46,878 nucleotides of DNA, from NCBI GenBank assembly GCA_963693665.1, contig CAVOAK010000002.1:1-46878 (forward strand). The letters are read 5' to 3'. Position numbers and translations under genes: made by a program. Source of the DNA: Alphaproteobacteria bacterium (lineage in GTDB: Bacteria; Pseudomonadota; Alphaproteobacteria; UBA8366; CAVOAK01). The notes below the pieces were generated by a model. That model made no database searches, was not told the DNA's origin, and saw only the letters and a list, made by a program, of their open reading frames with translations. This document shows, in pieces, positions 27,329 through 35,701 of the stretch. How positions within the stretch are numbered: position 1 is the stretch's first letter; each line of letters starts with the position of its first letter.

Positions 27329-28390
27329 ATGGCGCGGAAAACTGATCTCAACATCCTCTGCTGGGAGGGATATGAGGACCCCGAACTGCTCAACACTTTT
27401 ACCGAAGGGCGCGGCATAACAGCTCGGGGAGACTCTTTTCTTTCTGACGCGGTGGCCGTCGACCGTATCCTTTCCGACGAACGGCAGGACTGGGATATTC
27501 TCAATGTGAACAATCCATTTGTCCGCGAGGTTCTCTACCCCAACGGCGCGATCCGGCCGATCGACAAAACACGCTTCGAGCCCTATTTCGAGCGCATGTT
27601 GCCGCAATTCTCGCATATCTACCAATGGGCCTATAGCCGAGACGGCGATGAACTGCTCGGCGTTTGTCAGCGCTTCGGACCCTTTAACCTCGTCGTCAAC
27701 ACGGACAGAATGGCGGCGGCGACTGCCGAACAACATGGTTTCGCACTACCGGAAGACGCCTCGCTCAACAAACGTTACGGTATTCTCTCTTACGATGATT
27801 TTAACGTGATGCATATCTGCATTGGCGCCGGTCTAAACCCCTTCGAGCCACAGGATACCGATGCTCTCAGCCGCTTTGGCGATATGGCCCGTCGCTGGTT
27901 CAAGGGTGCCTCAATCGTCACAGGCGACCACCTCGTGCTCAATGATGCACTGGTGCGCGGTGACATAGACTTCTATCTCTCCGGCGGCGTCTACACCGCC
28001 TCACCGGCCCGCCTTGCGGGACATAGAAACATTCGTGCAGTCACACCAGAGAGCGGACCCATTGGCGGCAAAGGTGGCGTTGTCTTCATGGAAATCACGT
28101 CCATCATCGATAACTTGGCTGCTTCGCCCGACGCAGAGGATTTTCTTGAGTATCTTGTGAGCCCGGAAGTCGCGACGCGGATGGCGTTTGCTGAGGGAAC
28201 ATGCAATCCCGTGACACAGATGGGCGATCCAAAGGTCTTTGCTGCGTTCTCCGCTACGCAGCTTGATGCGATCCAATGGGAAACACTGGAAGAAGATGTT
28301 GGGCGGTCAGCGGAATACGCAATCATCCCAAGCTATGCGGCGCTCTTACCTATGTTGAAAGCAGCAAAGCAAGAGGGCGGGTGGCGCTAG
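27329..28390 (+). CDS. PotD/PotF-like periplasmic-binding-protein-fold protein lacking a signal peptide
   Basis: It begins MARKTDLNILCWEGYEDPELLNTF, which corresponds to the start of the mature domain in PotD-like SBPs. There is no in-frame upstream extension and no adjacent permease or ATPase. Confidence 0.7.
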   Translation: MARKTDLNILCWEGYEDPELLNTFTEGRGITARGDSFLSDAVAVDRILSDERQDWDILNVNNPFVREVLYPNGAIRPIDKTRFEPYFERMLPQFSHIYQWAYSRDGDELLGVCQRFGPFNLVVNTDRMAAATAEQHGFALPEDASLNKRYGILSYDDFNVMHICIGAGLNPFEPQDTDALSRFGDMARRWFKGASIVTGDHLVLNDALVRGDIDFYLSGGVYTASPARLAGHRNIRAVTPESGPIGGKGGVVFMEITSIIDNLAASPDAEDFLEYLVSPEVATRMAFAEGTCNPVTQMGDPKVFAAFSATQLDAIQWETLEEDVGRSAEYAIIPSYAALLPMLKAAKQEGGWR

Positions 28391-28437
28391 TAATTTGCGC
28401 CAACCGCTCTGAAGCATCCAATTATTGGATATAACGG

Positions 28438-29651
28438 CTATGCAACGTTATTTGCGATCCAGTTTTGAAAGTAATCCACGTTTGTTTCCCATTTTGGCCA
28501 GAACTGGACGCTGCTATCCGCCACCGGCGAATACCTGGCCGCCTGCTGTAGCTGCATGCAAGTGAGATCTTGGCTCCGGATATCCGTACGATCCTCGAAT
28601 TTTCTTGTCTTCCCAAGAAATAAATCCGCAACCGTCTCGCGACCCGTTTCGAACTCAGGGCCCTAAGCGGCTTCCGGTGCGAAGAAGAAGGCCATGGTCG
28701 CCCGTGTCCTGCCCGGTGCAATCGGTGTGTAGATAACCGGCGCATACGCCCGTCCGCTCAGCGTCATGGTTGTACTCGGCATCATGACACACGTTCCACC
28801 ACCCGTCGATTCCTTGTTCCCATTCCGTCCAGATAAAGTCGGGAGAACAATCTTCCTAATTTCGCGCGGTGGGCGGTTCTTAGTTGCCGTTAGGGTGTGC
28901 GTATTATCTTCAGCCAGCATCTGCGTATAGATCTCACCGGTCTCGAGATTTATCTCATCCGACATCTTCTCGAAGATGCCGTCATGCACCCAGACGTGAT
29001 GGTAGACTTCCCAGTTCTCCGGAACCAACTTCCAGTTGGCATCATACTCCCAGGTCACCCGATGGCCGATCTTCATGGCATCGAAGTCATACTCGCCAAA
29101 TTGACGAATACAACGCCGCCGTAAACGCCGCATCGGACTGGAACCAACCCATTCTCTTCCTTGCCGACGCTGAAGTTCTTGGAATTCGGCGTGCCGTCAA
29201 AATATGGCGTTGCGCGGAGGTTACCCTCCAAATCCCAAGCCCAAGCATGATAAGAACAGCTTAAATTGGATAGCCCCTTTTCGGGTTTTAGCAGAACGAT
29301 TGTCGCGCGATGCCGGCAGACATTATGAAACGCCCTGACGACCCCCTTCTTGTCACGCACAATGATCAGTGGACGCCCCGTTACCGTTACCGGGATCGCA
29401 TCTCCTGCACTCGCGATGTCTTCAGCGAAAGCGACGCCCATCCAGGTGCGCGGGGACAGGCGTTCCTGCTCCAGATCAAAGAACTCTTGGCTCGTGTATG
29501 CGGCAGCCGGTAGACCTTTAGCGGTCTCAATCGGCTTTTGAAGATTTGTAATCGCATCTTTGCCCAAGATTTCGTCAAAACTCTTTGTCACCTTCATTCC
29601 CCTTACAAAAAGATCATCCGGCACAGTACGAAGCGCATTTTTCCGCTGCAT
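28438..29651 (-). pseudogene. Rieske non-heme-iron oxygenase alpha subunit, decayed (frameshift near 29095 plus in-frame TAG at 28663-28665)
   Basis: The Rieske motif CRHR...CSYHAW is in ORF 29073..29651. The iron motif NWKLVPENWEVYHHVWVH is in ORF 28663..29133, in a different frame. After the TAG the same frame continues for 74 codons of protein-like sequence (GPEFETGRETVADLF...EDRTDIRSQDL...FQNWIANNVA) to a TAG at 28438-28440. Confidence 0.75.
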
Positions 29652-29739
29652 TGATATAGATCAAGTTTTGATTGATTTCGCACGCCGGGCGAACTCGGGG
29701 GTTAAAATTTAGAAGTAACAGTGACTATCGCGCCCCTTC

Positions 29740-31059
29740 TTAACGTTTATCGTTGAGGCGCTTCTGAGCTGAAGCAACCGTGTCTGCAATCTCAGCCGGT
29801 TCTTCAAATTTCACGTGCTGTCCATCCATATTCGCATCAGACATGACGCAACGAATCGTCTTAAGCAAATTCTCGTCGTCGACAATCGATGAAGAATAAC
29901 CGAGCTCTTCTAATCTGCGAGCAATTGTGTATGGCGGAGACCAGCCCGGTGTCATACGCCAACTAGGCGTAATACCTATTACCTCCGGCGGAAGATCGCA
30001 TGGTCGTCCACCCTGTTCAAAGCCTCGATCAATGTATTTATAAGCCCTCGAACCCACGACAGGTTGATTAGGCTCGATCTCATCTCGGGTGTGGATTTTC
30101 CACATGCGCTCGGCCGTGCTCATCAATTTGGAAAGGTTATAGGCATCCTCAAGGTGTAGATTTCCCGCACGCATCAGATTCGTGATCAGCATCAGTGAAG
30201 ATCCGTGGCCGATTTGAGCCGCATGTGGCGTAAAGGCCGCCCAAGTTCCATCGGCGCCGCCGAGAATTGCGTCGATAAGCGTAGCGTCTTCAAGGCCGTT
30301 TCCGGCATGTGGATGGACAAGAATTTTGCGTGGGGACGGCACGTATCGACGTAGAAACTTGACTATCTCAAAGGTCTGGAAATGGAAATGGGTGCCACGG
30401 GTGTCCTCGAAAAGGAGGCCATCAATTGGCATCGCCTCAAAGAGCTTCAAGGCGCGCAGCAAGAAGTCTTCATCTTCGTCAAGCACATTGAAGAAATCAG
30501 CGATGTTTACGTAGATACGTCCTCGACTCGCAGATTTCTCCGGTAATTTCTCACGCATGAAAAGTATGCTTCGCTCAATATCGCGAAGCGTTTGCTCGGG
30601 CGAGCGCCCAATCTCTACAAGGTAACTCGGGTTTAGAAACAGATCAAAGGTTACATTGGGTATTCCAGTTTCAAAAATAATGCTCATACTATTGTTCGGT
30701 GTGATCGGCTTGCCATCTTCGGTGTCGCTTACTTCTGAAACAAATGAGAACATGCCATCCATATTGACCTTCTCACTCGCGAGATATCTTACGAACTGAA
30801 CATCAGTGTTCGGAAAATCGAAGAAGTTCGAAACCATAAGGTCAGGAAAACCGAACTCGCGTACCAGTTTGAACAGCGCCTTCTTGTCCTCCAGCGTGTG
30901 GCCATAACTGGCTGGCAGTGCACACTCGCGGCAGGACAAATCCAGAATTGATGGCACAACGTTGCGAAGAAGTTCAAACCGATCTTCAATTAGCAACTTG
31001 GCTGTGCTCAACGCATTTCGATCTACGTCCGTTAGTTCGATTGAATCTGACACCGTCAT
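29740..31059 (-). CDS. divergent DRE-TIM metallolyase / HMGL-like (isopropylmalate-synthase-like) protein of unknown function
   Basis: The HxH metal motif is in VHPHAGNG and the barrel-end motif is in GADGTWAAFTPHAAQIGHGS. The post-barrel PNQPVVGSRAYKYIDRGFEQGG parallels P..vG...F.h.SGIHQDG. The N-terminal DxTLRDGxQ is replaced by DLSCRECAL. The start is trimmed to the ATG at 31059. Confidence 0.55.
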   Translation of the reverse strand: MTVSDSIELTDVDRNALSTAKLLIEDRFELLRNVVPSILDLSCRECALPASYGHTLEDKKALFKLVREFGFPDLMVSNFFDFPNTDVQFVRYLASEKVNMDGMFSFVSEVSDTEDGKPITPNNSMSIIFETGIPNVTFDLFLNPSYLVEIGRSPEQTLRDIERSILFMREKLPEKSASRGRIYVNIADFFNVLDEDEDFLLRALKLFEAMPIDGLLFEDTRGTHFHFQTFEIVKFLRRYVPSPRKILVHPHAGNGLEDATLIDAILGGADGTWAAFTPHAAQIGHGSSLMLITNLMRAGNLHLEDAYNLSKLMSTAERMWKIHTRDEIEPNQPVVGSRAYKYIDRGFEQGGRPCDLPPEVIGITPSWRMTPGWSPPYTIARRLEELGYSSSIVDDENLLKTIRCVMSDANMDGQHVKFEEPAEIADTVASAQKRLNDKR

Positions 31060-31265
31060 TTGCCCATCCCCATACAGCGAAGCGCACCTTCTGTTAGGTG
31101 CCAAACTCTTTCAAAACCGGCACACCGCCGCTCGAATAATGTTACATAGCTTCGAAATCGTATCACGACACAGGAGATAGAGAAATACAGCCGATGGAGT
31201 CGTTGTTGCACCTCGGTTCACATGTTAGAGAAGCGGCACAACATGAGCTAATTTGGAGACGAATA

Positions 31266-31661
31266 ATGGTCCGAAGATCAGCGTACCTTGGTGTGCCGTG
31301 GGAAAAAACAGGTGGTTATGCTAGGGCGGTTCGCGTCGGCAATATAGTCGATGTGGGCATGACGACAGCGGCTGCACCAGACGGCACTATCCTCTTCCCC
31401 GGCGATGTCTACATGCAGACAAAAGAAGCCCTCCGCATCATCGGCGTTGCGTTGGTCGAGGTTGGTGCGTCGTTCGAAGATGTCTTTAGAACTCGTATGT
31501 ATTTGGAGGATATGTCGCGCTGGGAAGAAGCCGCACGCGCCCACGAAGAAATCTTCAGAGACATTCGCCCAACAACGGGTTGGGTTGGGATGGGTAGCTT
31601 TTTTACCGCAGAAATTTCAGCGGAAGTAGACGCCATGGCTTATATCGAAGATGGAAAATAA
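31266..31661 (+). CDS. RidA/YjgF-family protein
   Basis: About 131 aa from the ATG at 31266, with GGAGAC upstream. It shows the typical Rid-family pattern (GDVYMQTKEALRIIG...RTRMYLEDM...AEISAEVDAMA). Confidence 0.8.
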   Translation: MVRRSAYLGVPWEKTGGYARAVRVGNIVDVGMTTAAAPDGTILFPGDVYMQTKEALRIIGVALVEVGASFEDVFRTRMYLEDMSRWEEAARAHEEIFRDIRPTTGWVGMGSFFTAEISAEVDAMAYIEDGK

Positions 31662-31724
31662 CAAGAGATTTAACATCCGACGGCGACAGCAGACTGTCGA
31701 ATTGCCTTCAGGGCGTCGATTAAT

Positions 31725-32381
31725 ATGATGATATTGTATTCATCCACCATATCGGCGCCTGCGGCAAAAATCGCTATCGTTATTGCGGCAAAGGGTATCG
31801 AGGTCGAACGACGCGACCCGTCAGATGGCACCGGCTCAGACGAATATCAAAAACTTGTCCCAAGTGGTGCCGCTCCAGCGCTCGTTGACGGTAAATTCAT
31901 CCTCAATGAGTCTGAAGTTATCGTCGAATACTTGGAAGAGGCCTACCCAAAACCGACACTTTTGCCAGGCGACGCAAAGGCGCGTGCGCAAATCCGGTAC
32001 TATGCGCGATTTCACGATCTTTACGTTGAGCCACCGGTGCGCGCTCTGCTTCGACAGATGGATCCTCGAATTCAGGACATGGATGTAATCTTGCCGGCCG
32101 CGGAACATCTGCACCAATGCCTTTCGGAATTGGATACGCTCAGTAAACCACAGCCCTACCTTGCATCGGGCTCCTTAAGCCTTGCAGATTGCGGCTTTCC
32201 AATCACGCTTATGCAGGCCGATATCATGCTTGACGCCATGGGAATGAAGCCAAAACAGACGCGAAAAATAGCGAAATGGCGGGACACACTGGAAGCACAT
32301 CCTGCAGTCGAAAGCGTCATGAAAATTTGGCAACCAGCTACAATCGCCTGGCTTGAAAAAATACTTAATATGGCTGGTTGA
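31725..32381 (+). CDS. glutathione S-transferase family protein
   Basis: 218 aa. It has an N-terminal thioredoxin-like half (VPALVDGKFILNESEVIVEYLEE) and a helical C-terminal half. Confidence 0.8.
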   Translation: MMILYSSTISAPAAKIAIVIAAKGIEVERRDPSDGTGSDEYQKLVPSGAAPALVDGKFILNESEVIVEYLEEAYPKPTLLPGDAKARAQIRYYARFHDLYVEPPVRALLRQMDPRIQDMDVILPAAEHLHQCLSELDTLSKPQPYLASGSLSLADCGFPITLMQADIMLDAMGMKPKQTRKIAKWRDTLEAHPAVESVMKIWQPATIAWLEKILNMAG

Positions 32382-32396
32382 ACCGCAAAGCGGTAA

Positions 32397-33419
32397 TTAC
32401 AACAGATTTTCTCGCGGAAGATCCGTTGCTAAACTGAAGAGATAGTCACCACATTCGCTGACAGCGGGAACCCGCCTAGTCAACACGGTTCCATTAGCGC
32501 CAAATTCAACTTCCACCGCGTTCGCGTCCGGATTATCACGGGGGTGCAAGCAACCAGCCTTCTGGCCAGCAACGACCTCATCACCCAACTCGCAATACGG
32601 TTCAAATAAGCCACTTACCGGCGCATGAACGTGATAATTCGGGCCGGGCATTTGAACAAAACGCGTCGCTGCAGGCTTAATTCCGGAGCCACCAGCGTCG
32701 AGGACACCCAAATGATGTAACACTTGATTGACGCCTCGTCGGCCAATTTCCAGCGCGTCAAGATTTACCGAACCACAACCGCCGAGTTCGGTGGCCAACA
32801 TGGGAACACCCTGTACATCAGCAGTTGCGAGCAATGAGCTAAGCCCCGGACCACCAGGAACGACGACAGTTAGCGGTGCGCCAAATGCCTCGGTGATGGC
32901 AAGTTTGCGTGCTTTCAATGATTCATCCCCAGCATTGCGCAAGAAAGCACAGGGAATGTATTCAGAAGCAAAGCCGCCAGAATGGAGATCCAGTCCTGCA
33001 TCACACATTGGCAAGATCTTATCATTGACGTAGTTCGCAATCGCCGGCGTCGGCGTGCCGGTTGGATCCCCTGGAAAGACGCGGTTCATATTGCCATCGT
33101 CCAACGGTGAGACCCGGGTAAATGCAAGAACAGCTGGATAGTTCAGTGCCGGCATGATGATAAGGCGACCATTCAAACTCGCCGGGTCAACCTCCCGCAT
33201 CAAATGCTGCAAAATGACTTGGCCTTCATACTCGTCACCATGTGTCCCTGCTGTCAGCAGGACTGTTGGCCCGCTGCCGCCAGCGACAACAGCAATCGGG
33301 ACGGGGATCATCCCATATGCATGGCGATTATCGGAATAAAGAAGGCGAAGGAACGATATCTGCCGCCCCTTCTTATCGAAGTCAACATCACAGGATATGC
33401 TCGACGGTGTCGCGCTCAT
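32397..33419 (-). CDS. succinylglutamate desuccinylase/aspartoacylase-family deacylase (DoeB-like)
   Basis: The zinc motif is GTHGDEYEGQ, followed by NMNRVFPG and DLHSGG. This pattern matches AstE/ASPA and N-acetyl-diaminobutyrate deacetylase relatives. Confidence 0.85.
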   Translation of the reverse strand: MSATPSSISCDVDFDKKGRQISFLRLLYSDNRHAYGMIPVPIAVVAGGSGPTVLLTAGTHGDEYEGQVILQHLMREVDPASLNGRLIIMPALNYPAVLAFTRVSPLDDGNMNRVFPGDPTGTPTPAIANYVNDKILPMCDAGLDLHSGGFASEYIPCAFLRNAGDESLKARKLAITEAFGAPLTVVVPGGPGLSSLLATADVQGVPMLATELGGCGSVNLDALEIGRRGVNQVLHHLGVLDAGGSGIKPAATRFVQMPGPNYHVHAPVSGLFEPYCELGDEVVAGQKAGCLHPRDNPDANAVEVEFGANGTVLTRRVPAVSECGDYLFSLATDLPRENLL

Positions 33420-33468
33420 CCTTGCCTACTCTTTGCCATTTGTTGTTGTGATATCAGAACCCCGAAAG

Positions 33469-34386
33469 CTAGCGCCCCCGAGACTCCGCCATCTTCGATT
33501 CCAGCCTGGAAAACACACGTGCCAATCCCCAGCAGATGAAGAAGTAAATGACAGCTGCCGTAATCCAGACCTCAAACACGCGCGTCGTCGACACAGCCAC
33601 CTCTACAGACAGGAATGTGAGTTCCTGAATTGAGATAAGCGAGACGATCGACGAATCTTTAATGGTCTGAATAAATTGATTACAGAGCGGCGGCACAATC
33701 TTTTGGATCGCCTGCGGAATGATTATATAGCGCAGCAGCTTGAATCTGGACAAACCAAGGCTTGAACCGGCCTCCCACTGCCCTCTGCCAACTGACTGAA
33801 TGCCCGCACGAACAATTTCAGTAACGTATGCTCCTTCAAACAGAGCCAAAACCATGACACCTGATAAGAAGTTAGCAAACAGGTTTGCCGGACCAAACAA
33901 TCGCTCAACGATCCAAATCGACGTCGGTCCCGCGTGATGGACAAAATCTTCAGCCCCAATAAGCGGCATGATTTGATCGCTGAGGAAGAAGTAGAAGATA
34001 AAGATAAACACCAGTGGCGGCATATTGCGGACGAACTCCACATATGCCCGACCAAGGAGTCGCAGAAACAAACTCGGGCTAACCCGAAACAATCCAAACG
34101 TAACACCCAGGACACTGGCGCACAGGATTGACCAAATTGCGAGCCGGATGGTGATGAAAAATCCCTGTACAATCAGATTTGATACCCACTGGCCCTCATC
34201 GGCATCCCATCGAAAGATATAAATTGGAATGGTGTTCCAGTCCCAATTGTAATGAAGGACTGTGTTGACCTGATTGTAGAAGTACCAAACTCCAGCAGCG
34301 ACAGCGCCTATGACAACAAAGTCAAGCCAATGGACCTGCATCTTGCCATCTTGCCGCTGCGGCTGAAATATTTCTGCGTATGACAT
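33469..34386 (-). CDS. amino-acid-type (polar amino acid / opine family) ABC transporter permease
   Basis: The EAA-loop is EAGSSLGLSRFKLLRYIIIPQA. The protein has multiple TM segments. Confidence 0.9.
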   Translation of the reverse strand: MSYAEIFQPQRQDGKMQVHWLDFVVIGAVAAGVWYFYNQVNTVLHYNWDWNTIPIYIFRWDADEGQWVSNLIVQGFFITIRLAIWSILCASVLGVTFGLFRVSPSLFLRLLGRAYVEFVRNMPPLVFIFIFYFFLSDQIMPLIGAEDFVHHAGPTSIWIVERLFGPANLFANFLSGVMVLALFEGAYVTEIVRAGIQSVGRGQWEAGSSLGLSRFKLLRYIIIPQAIQKIVPPLCNQFIQTIKDSSIVSLISIQELTFLSVEVAVSTTRVFEVWITAAVIYFFICWGLARVFSRLESKMAESRGR

Positions 34387-34419
34387 ATCAATTTTCCTGA
34401 ATGATCAAAAACGGTGGCT

Positions 34420-35271
34420 TTACCAACTCCGTTTTCGCAATCGGTATTCCATGTAATTGACCACCGACGAAAGCGTAATGGTCATTGAGAGATAGATTGC
34501 CGCGATCGTGAACCAGATTTCAAAGCTGAGGAACGTGTCCGCGATAATATTGCGGCCCTCGGTCGTCAGATCGAAGATCGCGATTACACTGACAATCGAG
34601 GAATGCTTAATCAAGTTCACGAAAAGGCCTGTCAACGGCGGCAACATAATCGGTATCGCCTGTGGCAAGACGACATAGCGATATGTATCACGCTGTGTCA
34701 GTCCAATGCTTGCTGCCGCCTCCCACTGCCCACGCTCAACGGACTCAATACCAGACCTGATAATCTCGGCAGCGAAAGAACCTTCATAGAGCGCCAATGC
34801 GATAATTCCCGTCCACAAACGGTCAATACCGATAATTGGCGAAATAACAAAATACATCAGGTAAATCTGGACCAAAAGAGGTGTATTTCGAATACCCTCG
34901 AGATACACCATCGCCAAGACTCGGCCCGCCATCGAATTCGACATTTTAAAGAGGGCTGTAAGCAGCCCAACAGCAACCGAAATAAGCACCGCCCAAGCAG
35001 CAATTTCCAGAGTCACTAGAACTCCGTGAACAAATTCACCCCAGACCAATTCGCCATCGACGTAGCGCCAGAAATATTTAGGGACGCGATACCATTGCCA
35101 GTTATAGCCCATAGATGCTGCGCCTCGGAGGGTCGCCCACAACATAGCACCGCCTAAAACGACGACCATCATTATGTCAAGCAACGGGGATTTTTGCCCT
35201 TTACGACCCAGTACAAACTTACGAAATACGCTAATTTCTGAGTGCGGATTAACTCCGGCGGGAGCTACCAT
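34420..35271 (-). CDS. amino-acid-type ABC transporter permease
   Basis: The EAA-loop is EAAASIGLTQRDTYRYVVLPQA. The gene is a paralogue of its neighbour. Confidence 0.9.
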   Translation of the reverse strand: MVAPAGVNPHSEISVFRKFVLGRKGQKSPLLDIMMVVVLGGAMLWATLRGAASMGYNWQWYRVPKYFWRYVDGELVWGEFVHGVLVTLEIAAWAVLISVAVGLLTALFKMSNSMAGRVLAMVYLEGIRNTPLLVQIYLMYFVISPIIGIDRLWTGIIALALYEGSFAAEIIRSGIESVERGQWEAAASIGLTQRDTYRYVVLPQAIPIMLPPLTGLFVNLIKHSSIVSVIAIFDLTTEGRNIIADTFLSFEIWFTIAAIYLSMTITLSSVVNYMEYRLRKRSW

Positions 35272-35575
35272 GTTTCAGCCTCTTAACCTGCTTAAGCGAA
35301 ATTGTTGAAAGGATGTTAATCATCTCTTGGTGTTTGTCCAGCGTGTCCTATATGAATTTTGGAAATGACGCAACGTGGATTCAATGGAATTTGCAGATTC
35401 GAGAGCGATAAGTCATCGTCACGCAATAACTGGAAGAACCTACACGTGCCACGCCATCCAAACTTCACTCACTTACCTTTTTATGCGAACTCATTGAGTT
35501 ATCAGGACCTTTACAAAGTATCTAAAAATATTCCTCTCGGCCCAATTCTCCATCACAACTGGATCAAATGCCTTT

Positions 35576-35602
35576 CGTCGGTTGAAAGGTGTTCAACCGA
35601 CG
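35576..35602. other. perfect 11-bp-stem hairpin (CGTCGGTTGAA aggtg TTCAACCGACG) in a 430-bp non-coding spacer
   Basis: I read it directly from the sequence. No U-run follows on either strand, so it is not a canonical terminator. Confidence 0.5.
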
Positions 35603-35650
35603 ATAACAACATTGTGTTAAATCAATGCCTACCTCCGCAGTTGGCCCCTC

Positions 35651-35666
35651 ACATAGGCGCCTATGT
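35651..35666. promoter_or_regulatory. perfect 16-bp palindrome ACATAGGCGCCTATGT
   Basis: I read it directly from the sequence. It lies 36 bp downstream of the Rieske gene stop and upstream of the permease genes. Confidence 0.35.
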
Positions 35667-35701
35667 AAGTCCATCGAAAGTCATCGGTTTTTCAACGTCG
35701 G

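Noticed and set aside
1842-28665. Programmed recoding (selenocysteine at TGA 1842, pyrrolysine at TAG 28663, read-through at TAA 14670 and TGA 11177).
   Set aside because: I could not see a SECIS-like hairpin immediately downstream, and there are no sel or pyl genes in the window. Two of the four genes also carry frameshifts. Other genes use all three codons as ordinary stops. Decay or sequence error is the simpler explanation.
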